Source of the DNA: Azolla caroliniana
Taxonomy: Eukaryota > Plantae > Polypodiophyta
NCBI GenBank assembly: GCA_043228905.1
Contig: JBHGNT010000231.1
Coordinates: forward strand, 1 to 47,600
Reading direction: 5' to 3'
Length of the DNA stretch: 47,600 bases
Under the pieces are notes generated by a model. That model searched no databases. It was not told the DNA's origin and was given only the letters and a program-made list of their open reading frames with translations. This document shows, piece after piece, positions 1 to 11,980 of the stretch. Each line of letters begins with the position of its first letter. Position 1 is the stretch's first letter. A program made the translations under genes and the position numbers.

Positions 1-909
1 AACACCAAGCACGACTAGAAGATATGAGGAGCGACGCACGCCACGGAAGAACTACATGGGGCCTGTCCGAACGTACGGGTGAAAATCGGCGATGTCGAGA
101 TCGACCAGCACTTCTTTGTGCAGGAGACGTCCTCGCATCCGGTTATACTAGGAGAGCCATATATCACGGCGGCACGGATGGAGACCAAGGTGCTGGACAA
201 CAGTTCAGCCTATGCAAGAGTCAAAAGCCAGGACGGGCGCCACTCGGTTCAGTTCCTAACGGTGAGACCAAACCACGAGTGTAACCGCGAGGCCCTCGGT
301 AGCGAAGCCCGAGGGGATTTTTAGAGAGGGCTATCAAGGCGTGGGGTCGTGATAGTCCAGACTCCCGGGAACAACCCCACAGTACGGAAGAAGACTTGTA
401 CCATGGGTAGGAAGTTTTGGTTCTCCGGCAACGGAGGTTGTACTATAACCAGCGTCAGCGGCCGGGAGAGGAAGCGAGCGGAGGAGCAGCTCAAATGGAT
501 GCAGAGTCCTCTTCCCCGACGAAGACATCAGCGGCGCCGTGGAGGCGGTCTCTTTTGACGAAACCTTGGGTGAACTACGAAAGGTGATCGATGAGGACCT
601 TAGAGAAGACCGGACCGTTCCGGTAGGATCGATGGGAATGTACGAAGTCATTTCGGGCTTCGGGGAAAGGATCGGGACGAATCGGACGGCCCGCGTGGAT
701 ACGAAATACAAGACTGTGGACCGGAAGGTGAGGCCAGTCGTGGCACCCTTGCCGGAGGGCAGTGAGGAGCGGATGAAAGGGGTCGCGTCGGACCCAAGTT
801 TGCGGAATCCGGCTGGTATAGGGCACCGGTTCACCGACATAACGCTACGGGAGCTCAAGGTCGGGGGGGCGGCTTCCTACTGTCGGAGGAGGAGGACCGG
901 TTTTGGAGA

Positions 910-3900
910 ATGCTCGGAAGGCACAGGAAAGCTTTCGAATTCTCACCGGAGGAGATCAGGTGTGTAGACCCGACAGTTGTCGAACCGATGGTGATCTTCA
1001 CGGTACCGCATGTACCGTGGAGTCTCAAGCCGATTCAAGTGCCAAGAGCTCACATCCCGAAGTTGTTGGAGCTCCTAGAGCAAAAGGTGGAGATGGGCAT
1101 CCTCGAACCGTCGAGTGCCCCGTATTCGAATCGGTGGTTTACGGTGCCGAAGAAGAACGGCACGATTCGCTTCATCCAGGACCTACAACCGGTCAACAAG
1201 GTGACCATCCGTAACGCAGGGATCGGACCGACAATAGACGAGTTCGTAGAGGCCTTCGCTGGAAGGTCGATCTATTCTGTCGGTGACCTGTACTCGGGGT
1301 ACGATCAGTTCCAGCTAGCTGTGGAGAGTAGAGACATCATGACGATGCGAACTCCTCTCGGCCTGGTGCGGATGTGTACCTTGCCACAAGGAGGGACGAA
1401 CTCAGTGGCTCACATGGTGAACGCAATGAACAAAGTGCTCAGGGATTGTATCCCGGACATCACCATGCTGTTCTTAGACGACATCTCGATCAAGGGATGC
1501 CCAGTGGAGAAAAGGGACGAGGCAATCGGGCCGGACGGATGTCGGAATTTCGTGGCGTCCCACATCGATGACTGCGAGAAGGTGCTGCAGAGGCTAGAGC
1601 GCGCGAGGCTCACCTTCTCCGGGGAAAAGTCGGCCTTCGGTCAGTTAGAGATCTTGGTGGTCGGACACCTGTGCGGGCCTTACGGTAGGAAGCCGTCTCC
1701 GGCAAAGGTAGAGGCCATCTCCGCGATGAGGAACGATTGCGGGTCGGTCACGGAGGTCCGCAGATTCTTGGGGGCATGCGCGTTCTATCACATCTGGATC
1801 CCGCACTACGCACATGTCGCGGAACCCCTCTACGGACTATTGAAAAAGGGGCATAGCTTTGAGTGGAGGACGGAGCACACGGAGTCGGTTCGGAGACTAA
1901 AGGAGGCGCTTATGGCGGCGCCGACTCTCCGTAAAGCGGTTTACGGCAAGGATGTTCCCATCTGCGTAACGGTGGACACCAGCCCGACCGGGATCAGTTG
2001 GGTAATCAATCAGGAGGACGAGGGCGGCGTACGATTCCCGATCCGGTTCAGGGCGAAGGTGTTGAGCGAGCGGCAGCGAGGGTACGCCCAAGTTAAGCGC
2101 GAACTTTGGGGTGTCGTTTCGGCAGTCAAGGCCGTCAAGGATTATCTGATCGGGACGGAGGTGATTATCGAGATGGACTGCTTGCCGATACTTGGCATGG
2201 TTTCCGGATGCGCGACGCTGGACCTAGCAATGCTCCGATGGATAGCGTACATCAAGACCCTGAACCCGGAGATACGGCACATCTCCGGAAAGGACAACGC
2301 CATGGCCGACATGCTTTCAAGGGCAAGGTTCAAAGACGAAGACGACATGGTTTCAGATAACGAAGAAGTCGGCGAGGACTTCTTCGGGTCGGCTAACGTA
2401 ACGACGAGGAAAGGGAACACTCCGGCACTTAACGAATTTGACGAAAACAGGTACGACGGGGAGTGGCTCCAAATCGGGAGGTTCCTATGGACGATGACGC
2501 CGGACGCAGCGTGGGCGAGAGAGGAGGCAAGCCGGATACGGAGGAAGGCGTATCGATTCTTCCTGCGGGACGGGTGCATATGGAGGCACCCAAAGAAGAG
2601 AAGCGGCATTCCACTCCGAGTAGTGGCAAAGAAAGAAGAACAAGGGAAACTACTAACGGCATTTCACGAGAGCCCCAGGGCCGGACACCGCGGGACGTGG
2701 GCCACTTTCGAGAAGCTGAAGGAAAAGTACTGGTGGCCGGGGCTGTACCGGGACGTGCATCGGTTCGTGACGACTTGCGAGAGTTGTCAGATGCACTCCG
2801 TAGTCCGACACCGGGACGAGCTACACCCGACCTACCCGCCTACGGTCCATTTCAAGTGGATGGTGGACTTGGTGACGATGCCGATGGGGGTAGGACAAAT
2901 GCGATACCTGGTGCTTGCACGGGAAGACTTAACGAACCAGGTGGAAGGCCGTGCACTACAAAGCAAGACAACCACGGCGGTATGCCGGTTCCTGATCGGA
3001 GAAGTAGTGTGTCGCTACGGGTGCGTTGGGAAGATCGTGGCAGACCGGGGAGAGCTGGATGCGCGGGAGGCTGAGGAGTTGTTCGACCGGCTGGGCGTCA
3101 AACTCTCCCTCACCACGGCGTACAATCTAGAGGCGAACGGAAAGGTGGAACGTGGGCACGGACTGATTGTAAAGGTGTTGGTGCGTGCATGCGGTGGTCA
3201 GGTCGGGAATTGGCCGCGACTCCTTCCTTATGCGCTATGGGCGGACCGGACTACGCATAGTTCGGTGACAGGGTTTATGCCGGCGGAGCTAATGTATGGA
3301 CAAAAGCCGATCATGCCAGTGGAACAGACGGTTTCTTTGTCGGCGGCATAGTTCTAGCCATACGTCTCATTCGTGTCATACTCAAACGCCAATATTCGTA
3401 TCATACTCATACGTGAAAAGGCTCCAAGTATGATTGAAATCCATACGTGGTACATAGATATATTATATATACATATGGTGTATATGGTGTACATAGTGTG
3501 TGTGTGTGAGGGGGAGAGAGAGAGAGAGAGAGCGTGTGTGGTCTAGAGAGAGAAGCCTTGTTTTGCATGTGTGAGGAGACAGTGATTGAGTGTATATCTA
3601 GACTCTAGAGAGAGAGAGAGAGAGAGGAGCTATGGGTTTTGTCTCTGTGAGGGAGTATCTAATATGTATATTAGATATCTAGATTTTGTAGAGAGAGAAA
3701 ATCTGTCAGTTCTCGTGTGAGAGAAAGAGAGAGAGAGTGTGTGTATGTGTGTCAGATGTCACTTCTATTCACAAAATATTATGAATATCAAAAATTAAAA
3801 AAACCAAAAAAAAGTATAAAAAAAAAAAAAAAAGCCAAACGAATATTGCGTATCATACGCGTACGTTTGCAAACGTTCGCGTACGTCCAGTAAATTGGAC

Positions 3901-4386
3901 GTACGCGAATATTAGGAACTATGGTCGGCGGCGGTAGATTGGAAGGACGAAATGAGCCGGGAGGAGTTGCTAGCGGCGCGGATTCAACAACTCGAGCGGA
4001 GGCCGGAGGACGTGATACAGGCGAAGGAAAAGCTGCGAGCAGCGAGGGAGCGTAACAAGACCCGGTTCAACCGGACACACCGGTTGCGACCAAAGAAGAT
4101 CGAGGAAGGCGACTGGGTCTTGGTATACGACAACAACCTCGACAATCAGCACAAGGCGGTGCGAAAGTTTGCTAGGAGATGCTTCGGGCCCTACATGGTG
4201 ACAAGCGCGAACGGCAACGGCACGTACCACCTCGCGGAACTCGACGGGACACGGTTAGCGGTGCCGGTTGCCGGAAAGCGGATCAAAGATTTCAAAAAGC
4301 GGTACGAAGACGAGCGGGAGCCTGCGAGTGGGAGCGACAGTGACGATCAGTTCGGGCCCGGCGGAGAATCAGAGAGCAACGAGTGA
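910..4386 (+). pseudogene. pol: pol (RT-RNaseH-integrase) of Gypsy copy 1, integrase interrupted by a MITE
   Basis: The 813-aa ORF and the 144-aa ORF rejoin in frame (VSLSAAVDW) once 3347-3923 and one TSD copy are removed. There are upstream frameshifts at about 390, 515 and 870. Confidence 0.9.
3347..3923. mobile_element. Non-autonomous hAT-type DNA transposon (MITE), 577 bp
   Basis: TIRs CATAGTTC...GAACTATG. 8-bp TSD GTCGGCGG at 3339-3346 and 3924-3931. AT-rich and microsatellite-rich interior with subterminal CGTAC/CATAC motifs. Confidence 0.88.
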
Positions 4387-4455
4387 GGCCGGTTTTCTTC
4401 GGTATCTACCTGTCTCTGGCGCATGCCGGTGGATGCGCGGTTTGGTGGGGGTGGA

Positions 4456-5088
4456 TGTCGTGAAGAAAATCGGCCATAGGCGGATTCGGAGAGAAAGGCA
4501 CGTGAACCGACTCTTACATGGATGGACGCATAACTTGATATTTTGTACCCGATTCATAAACGGATCGGTGGGTGATTGTTAGGGGATGCATTTATTAGGG
4601 GATTGTGCGTATCTCTGTCAGACGGAGGGGAGGACAAGGAATAAAAAGGGACTTGACAAGAGAAGAAGGGGTATCGCGCGGGAGGAGGTGGAAGGGGGTT
4701 GCTGCAGAACAGAAGGCGAGCTCTCTCTCTTGGAGGAGGAATCGTCGCTCTCTGCGGGTGTCGGGAGGTTGCTGCCTCTGCTTCGTAGACAGCCCGTGTG
4801 CTTCCAGCAGAGTCGCTCCCCTTCCCCTTTTGTTTCTTGGAGTCGGTGACCGTCATCGGTGTGCGTGAGTAGGGTCCCCGTGTCGGGCCCGTCGCCGCTT
4901 TGTCGGTTGTAACTGTCGGAGTTTGTAATCTCTGTCATTATAATTAAGTGTTACGTTCTGTGTCTCTCTTCCTCGCTTCTACGTGTCGGTGAATCTTTCT
5001 CTCTCTCTGTATCTCTCTCTCTCGCTCCTCCGTCGAAGACCCCCGTGGTCCCGCCCTTTTCTACACGTACGCGCGTAATAACGCAACA
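4456..5088 (+). repeat. LTR shared between Gypsy copy 1 (as 3' LTR) and copy 2 (as 5' LTR)
   Basis: Starts TGTCGTGAAGAAAA after a PPT, ends ...CGCAACA, and is followed directly by a PBS and gag. Confidence 0.85.
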
Positions 5089-5092
5089 TCTT

Positions 5093-5110
5093 TGGTGAAC
5101 CGGACGTGAA
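5093..5110 (+). promoter_or_regulatory. Primer-binding site complementary to the tRNA-Trp 3' end
   Basis: TGGTGAACCGGACGTGAA has one mismatch to the complement of plant cytosolic tRNA-Trp (…TTCACGTCGGGTTCACCA) and lies 4 nt after the LTR. Confidence 0.85.
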
Positions 5111-7463
5111 CAGGGCGGCAAAGGAGTCGAAAGATGAGGGGATCGGAGCTAGCAGAGGCAATGGCGGTGGCCTCGACCGGTTGGTGAGCGCTCATGAGGG
5201 AACGGGTACCCTCGACAGAGCCATTGAATCGATCGTCGACTCTATAGGCCGTTGCGGAGGGAAAGACGCCACAAGTTATTTGGAGGCTTACCAGGCCGAA
5301 ATGATCATGAGGGATATCCAGGTGGATAGGCGGCTGTCCCGATTCCCTCAGGTGGTGACGCCGAGCATCCACGCGGAGGTGCTCGAGGTGTTGACCGGGT
5401 GCCAGACTTGGGAGGAGTTCGAGCTGCAGTTCCTCGAGAAGTACGAGTTTGACGACTCGCTTCGGCTGTCGAGGCGGGACTTCATGGCGTGGGTGGAAAG
5501 CCCCGGAAAAGGGAGGACCACGTCGGCGCTCCTCTAGGAGTTTGAAAAACGGTTCACGCGGCTATCGACGTTGGACCGGACCGTGCTCGAAACGAGTCGA
5601 GTACTACTGTTTGTCAAGTCGGTGGATGCGCTCGACAGGGAAAAGGTGGGTCCCCTATTGGAAATGGACGAAGGGGTCACCGAAGACTGGGCCGTGGTAA
5701 AACGGGTCTGTAGCCGTTTCGTCAAACGACGCGATTGGAGCAATGAAAGTTCGTCGGGGTCAGGGCCGGTCCCGACGAGGATGCTCGAGGAGCCGGTATT
5801 GGTGCTAGCCGGTAGGAAGGAAGAGACACAAATTTGGTTGGAGTCGGGGTCGGCATCGAACGACGTGGTCAAAGGCCCTTCCGGAGGAGTGGCTCTGGAG
5901 GAGCTGACACAGATGGTGCGTGACCTGCAGATCGCACAGGCACGGAGAGACAGCGACGAACAACCTCGCGACTGAAGGCCACCGGCTGGGCAGCGGTGCA
6001 TGTGGTGTGACGTGATCGGTCACATTCGGAAGGATTGTGCGGATTTTGTCGATGCGCTCAGGACCAACGTGGTGTACCTCTGGAATGGGCGGGTGCACGC
6101 GAGCGAGACCCGGACAACCCTAAAACTAAATACGGGGTGCAGCGGAATGAAGAGGTTGATGGAAGAGGCCGCGACACGGCATGTAGAAGCTGTTAACTAC
6201 TCAGTGTCGGCGGGAATTCGGGTCGGGGGTGATGAGACCCGGAAGGTGAAGGACTCCGGATTCTGGCCGCTAGTGCTGGAAGGCCTCTCCGGAGTTCGGC
6301 TGAAGAAGGAAGAGGCGGACCGTGCGGAACAACGGGTCCAGGAGGTCACCGGATGGTACGATCCGGTCGAAGAGAAAACCGGCTTCGTAGAAGCCACTTT
6401 CCAGAACTACGAGGCTCTGGTTGAAGACAAACAGGTAGGAAAGGCACTTTCCCCCGCAGAGGTACGAGACCTGGTTCGGACCGAAACCGACCGGTGCCGG
6501 CAACCCAGGCGCGCCGGACGGGAAGAAGCAGGTGGGGTTTCGGTTTAGCATCGAAATTGAGACAGCAACGGACCTACGGAAGGTCCTTGAAGAGCGGATC
6601 CTCGACAATAAAGTGGAGCTGTCGTTGTGGGAGGTGCTGGGAATCGCCAAGAGGGAGTTCCACGACTCCATTGTAGACTTGGTGAAGCGGAAGAGGCTCT
6701 CGACGGAGACCCCTGTGAGGATCGACGACGTTCCAGAACCGGTGGTGGCCTTGGTAGACCATGGATCCGAAATCAACCTGATGTCCATGGATTTCTACAA
6801 GAGGGGTAAATGGCCGATCAACACCAAGCATGGGTGGAAGATATGCGCGGCAACGTGTGCTACGGAGGAGCTGCATGGTGCGCACGCCTGAATATACACG
6901 TAAAGGTCGGTGACGTCGAGATAGATAAACATTTCTTCGTGCAGGAAAAATCGTCGCACCCGGTGATTCTCGGCGAACCATACATTACGGCAGCACGCAT
7001 GGAGACAAAGGTGTTGGATAATGGTTCGGCGTACGCGCGTGTCAAGAGCCAAGATGGTCAACATTCCGTCCAAATCATGACCGTATGTCCGAACCATGAG
7101 AGGAATCGCGAGACCCTTAGCGGCGACAACCGAGGGGATTTTTAGAGGGGGCTATCAAGGCGTGGGGCCGCGGTAGTCCGGATGTACCGGAAGAACCCCA
7201 CATATGTACAGTAGGTAGGAAGTTTTGGTTCTCCGAAAACGGAGGTTGTACTATAGCCGGCGTCAGCGGCCGGGAGAGGAAGCGTGCGGAGGAGCGGCTC
7301 AGGGGATGCAGAGTCCTCTCCCCCGACGAAGAAATCAGCGGCGCCGTGGAGGCAGTCTCTTTTGACGACACTTTGGGCGAGTTACGAAAGGTGATCGGTG
7401 AAGACCTTAGAGAAGACCGGACCGTTTCGTTTAGTTTGATGGGAATGTACGAAGTCATCACGG

Positions 7464-8888
7464 TGTCGTGTGAATCTTCACACTCTATGTAAAAAAATAA
7501 TGAAATAATTATTATAGATTAGATTAGTAGCTTACTATAGAAAGATGGATATACTCAAGAGCTTCAAAATGTATTTTACTATAGACAAAATGGAGAAATA
7601 CATATCAAGTTATGTGAAAATAAAGTTTGAGAAGATAGAGAAATTAGAACTATCCCACATAGATAGGAAACTTAAGGCCCTGGCTATATAAGCACCTTTA
7701 GCTCCATCATTTTTCATTTGTTCTAAGAGCACTTTGGTCACTTTGTCTTGATGGATGATGGTGGCCAAATTTCCTAAATCTGGAAACCGGCCGGTAAACA
7801 AATCCGGAAACCGGCTGGTAAGCAAATCCGGAAAATGGGTCCGGTAAGCAAATCCGGAAACTGGCCGATATGCAAAATCGGAACTGGAACCGGCAAGCAA
7901 ATTGGAACCGGCCAGCAAGCAAAACCGGAACCAGAATTGGTATGCAAACCGGAACCGACCGGTAAGCAAAATCGGAACCGGAACCGGTATGCAAATTGGA
8001 ACCGGTCGGTATGCAAATCGGAACCGGTCGGTATGCAAACCGGAACCGACCGGTAAGCAAAACCGGAACCGACCGGTAAGCAAAACCGGAACCGGTATGC
8101 AAACCAGAACCGGAATCGGTATGCAAATCAGAACCGCCAAGCAAACTGGAACCGGCCGACAAGCAAAATCGGAACCGGCCGGCAAGCAAAACCGGAACCA
8201 GAACCGGAACTGGCCGGCAAGCAAAATGGAACCGGTCGGCGAGGGATTCGGCGATCGGGCGGAACCGGCGACCGTACGAGGTTGGACGCAAATCGAACAG
8301 ATAAAAGGATCATGTGGCTATTTAAAGAAAGGTAAAAGAGACTAAAGTAAAGGTCAAGTGGACGGTCGCATGCAACTAAAGAAAAAGCCATGCAACTAAA
8401 AATAGATTCAACAAAAAGAAAAGCTATGCAACTAAAAGTAGAGGCCATGCAACAAAAAGTGGAGGCATATGATCAACGAGGAACTCCATATATAATTCCA
8501 TTTTTTTTCCTATACTGGGATGCTCTCTCCATATTATATTGTTCTTCTTTTCCTTCGGAGCTCTCTTATCTTATCGAAGCCAAGAACCCTAAATTTCCTT
8601 ACGGAAGTCATAAAATCCAAAATTCCTTGTCAAAGCCATATCACTCAAGACTCATAATCTCTTATTTCCTCTAATCTATTATTCTAATCATCTCCATAAG
8701 ATAAAACTTTTGTAATCCCAATCTTGGGATTGATTGTAATCTTTCTTTCCCTTTTATTAATGAAATTTGTTAATCTTTCTCATTTCGGTTAATTCTTAGT
8801 ACATAAATACACGAATTTGATATCCTCTAGACAAAGGCCCCGGGGTCTTGCCTCAACGTTCACGTATCCTCGTCGTATTTTCGCGACA
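7464..8888. mobile_element. Solo LTR (1425 bp) of a different family
   Basis: Termini TGTCG...CGACA. 4-bp TSD ACGG at 7460-7463 and 8889-8892. Removal restores the host codons EVITDFE. Confidence 0.85.
7780..8275. repeat. Degenerate minisatellite of about 17-29-bp units inside the solo LTR
   Basis: About 20 imperfect units of the form GCAAAACCGGAACCGACCGGTAA / GCAAATCGGAACCGGTCGGTAT. Confidence 0.9.
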
Positions 8889-11273
8889 ACGGACTTCGAG
8901 GAAAGGATCGGGTCGGATCAGACGGCCCGCGTGGATACAAAGTACAAGACTGTGGACCGGAAGGTGAGGCCAGTCGCGGCACCCTTGCCGGAGGGCAGCG
9001 AGGAGCAGATAAAAGGGGTCACGTCGGACCCAAGTTTATGGAATCCGGCTAACATAGGGCACCGGTTCACCGACATAACGCTACGGGAGCTCAAGGTTGG
9101 TGGGGTTGGCTTTCTACTGCCGGCGGAGGAGGACATGTTTCGGAGAATGATCGGAAGGCATGGGAAAGCCTTCGCATTCTCGCCGGAGTGATCGGGTGCG
9201 TAGACCTGACGATCGTCGAACCGATGGTGATCTTCAAGGGACCGCATGTATCGTGGAATCTCAAACCGATTCTGGTGCCGAGAACTCACATCCCGGAGTT
9301 GATGGAACTTCTGAAGCAGAAGGTGGAGATGGGCATCCTCGAACCATCGAATGCCCCATATTCGAACCGGTGGTTTACGGTGCCGAAGAAGAACGACACG
9401 TTGCGTTTCATTCAGGACCTGCAACCGGTCAACAGGGTAACCATCCGTAATGCAGGAATCGGACCGACCATAGACGAGATCGCGGAGGCCTTTGCTAGGA
9501 GGTCGATTTATTCGGTCGATGACTTATACTCGGGGTACGACCAGTTCCAGCTAGCCGTGGATGCGAACCCCTCTCGGCCTAGTACGGATGTGTACCCTAC
9601 CACAAGGTGGGACGAACTCGGTGGCGCATATGGTGAACGCAATGAACAAGGTGCTGAGGGACTGCATCCCGAACATCACCATGCCATTCTTGGACGACAT
9701 CCCGATAAAGGGGTGTCCAGTGGATGATGCGGATGAGACCGTCGGGCCAGATGGATGCCGGAGGTTCGTCGTGAACCACATCAACGATTGCGAGAAGGTG
9801 CTGCAGAGGCTCGAAAGCGCACGACTCACCTTCTCCGGAGAAAAATCGGCGTTCGGGCAGTCAGAGATCTTGGTGGTCGGACACTTGTCCGGGCCTTACG
9901 GTAGGAAACCATCTCCGGCAAAGGTAGAAGCCATCTCCGCGATGAAGGACGACTGCGGGTCGGTTACGGAGGTCTGCAGATTCTTGGGGGTGTGCGCGTT
10001 CTACCACATCTCGATTCCGCGCATGTTGTGGAGCCGCTCTACGGGCTATTGAAGAAAGGGCGTAGGTTCGAGTGGAGGACGGAGCACACGGAGTCGGTAC
10101 GAAGACTAAAGGAGGCGCTTACGGTAGCGCCGGCTCTCCGTAAAGCGGTTTACAGCAGGAATGTCCCCATTTGCGTGACAGTGGACACGAGCCCGACCGG
10201 GATCGGGTGGGTAATCAATCAGGAGGACAAGGACGGCGTACGATTCCTCATCCGGTTCGGGGCGAAGGTATTGAGCGAGCGGCAGCAAGGATACGCCCAA
10301 GTTAAGCGCGAGCTTTGGGGTATCGTTTCGACAGTCAAGGCCGACAAGGACTATCTGATCGGGACAGAGGTGATCATCAGGACGGACTGCCTGCCGATAC
10401 TCGGCATGGTTTCCGGATGCGCAACACCGGACCTAGCAATGCTCCGGTGGATAGCGTACATTAAGTCCCTGAACCCGGAGATACGGCACATCTCCGAAAA
10501 GGATAACACCATGGTTGACATACTTTTGAGAGCGAGGTTCAACGACGAAGACGAGATGGTTTCAGATGACAAAGAAGTCGGCGAGGACTTCTTCGGGTCG
10601 GCTAACGTAACGACGAGGAAAAGGGACACTCCGGCGCTTAACGAATTCGACAAAAGCAAGTACGACAGGGAGTGGCTCCAAATCGGGAGGTTCCTATGGG
10701 CGATGACTCCGAACGCTGCGTGGACGAGAGAAGAGGCGAGCCAGGTACGGAAGAAGGCGTACCGATTCTTCCTACAAGATGGGTGCATATGGAGGCACCC
10801 AAAGAAAAGAAATGGCATCCCACTCCGAGTAGTGGCAAAGAAAGAGGAACAGGAGGAACTACTGGCGGCATTTCACGAGAGTTCCTGGGCCGGGCACCGC
10901 GGAACGTGGGCCACGTTCGGGAAGCTGAAGGAGAAGTACTGGTGGCCGAGGCTGTACCAGGACGTGCAACGGTTCGTAACGACTTGCGAGAGCTGTCAGA
11001 TGCACTCCGTAGTCCGACATTGGGATGAGCTACACCCGACTTACCCGCATGCGGTCCATTTCAAGTGGATGGTGGACTTGGTAACGATACTGATGGGAGT
11101 AGGATAGATGCGATACCTGGTGCTTGCACAAGAAGACTTAACGAACCAGGTGGAAGGCCATGCACTACAGAACAAGACAACTGTGGCGGTATGCCGGTTC
11201 CTGATCGAAGAGGTAGTGTGTCGGTACGGGTGCGTCGGGAGGATAGTGGCGGACTGGGGAGAGCTGGATGCGC

Positions 11274-11980
11274 TGTCGTAGTGTATATCGTACACTACGT
11301 GAAAAAGTAAAAATAATATAACCGATTTAATTACATATAAATAAATAAAATAAGAATATCAAGATATTTATCACGTGCATAGGGCAAGATTTGAACCTTG
11401 TACCTCCACGTAAATAAACCCCAACTTTACCATTGTAATAACTTATCTTTAGTGTTATAAATATAGATTTAATACACATAAGACATTTATTTACACATAC
11501 CTTTATTAAAAGGTAAAAATCATGTATTCTTTAGAGTGTAAATATTTTATTTACACGTGCCATTAAAAGTGACTCATGCACATCTAGCGTGCATGAGCCC
11601 TATATTTAGGAAATGACAAAGCATCACATGCACATTTAGTGTGCATGGACACTTTAAGCGAAAAAGCATGAAGCCATGTTTAGCCTCTTCCATCTTTATA
11701 TAAGGAGGAGAGAAATATGTATAAGGTTGTTGATTAATATAGAAGAATTGATCAATCTAATATATTCGTGGGATTCACGAATTTTGCCATCAAAAATTAC
11801 TCTTATAATCTAAATATTGTTTTAAAATACACTAAACTCGTGGGATTCACGAGATTGCTATCTTACTTCTCTTTCCACTATTCATAACTAGCCTTAAGTT
11901 GTATTCCTCTTCCTCCTAGTCCAAAACCTCGGCGGTTCCCACCCGACTCACGCAACGATCCGGAGCCGAAGGGCTCGACA
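11274..11980. mobile_element. Solo LTR (707 bp), AT-rich
   Basis: Termini TGTCG...CGACA. 4-bp TSD GCGC at 11270-11273 and 11981-11984. Removal restores the integrase codons ELDAREAEE. Confidence 0.85.

Larger units (their letters stand above)
1..5088 (+). mobile_element. Ty3/Gypsy LTR retrotransposon copy 1 (non-chromovirus, probably Phygy-like), 5' part outside the window
   Basis: Protease C-terminus at 1-324. RT-RNaseH-integrase ORF at 910-3351 (LPQGGTNS, FLDD, DTSPTGI, H..GH..C..C zinc finger, DRGELD), continuing at 3952-4386. PPT GGTGGGGGTGGA, then LTR 4456-5088. The clade name comes from recalled motif similarity, not a search. Confidence 0.9.

Noticed and set aside
334-3074. Long overlapping alternative-frame and antisense ORFs within pol (e.g. 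2142-2609 minus, 2463-3074 plus)
   Set aside because: They are expected shadows of GC-rich coding sequence. Recurrence in the other copies follows from homology.
7610-8448. Several 100-200-aa ORFs with repetitive RFRF/PVPV or NRNR peptides
   Set aside because: They are by-products of a stop-poor minisatellite inside a solo LTR and are open in many frames on both strands.
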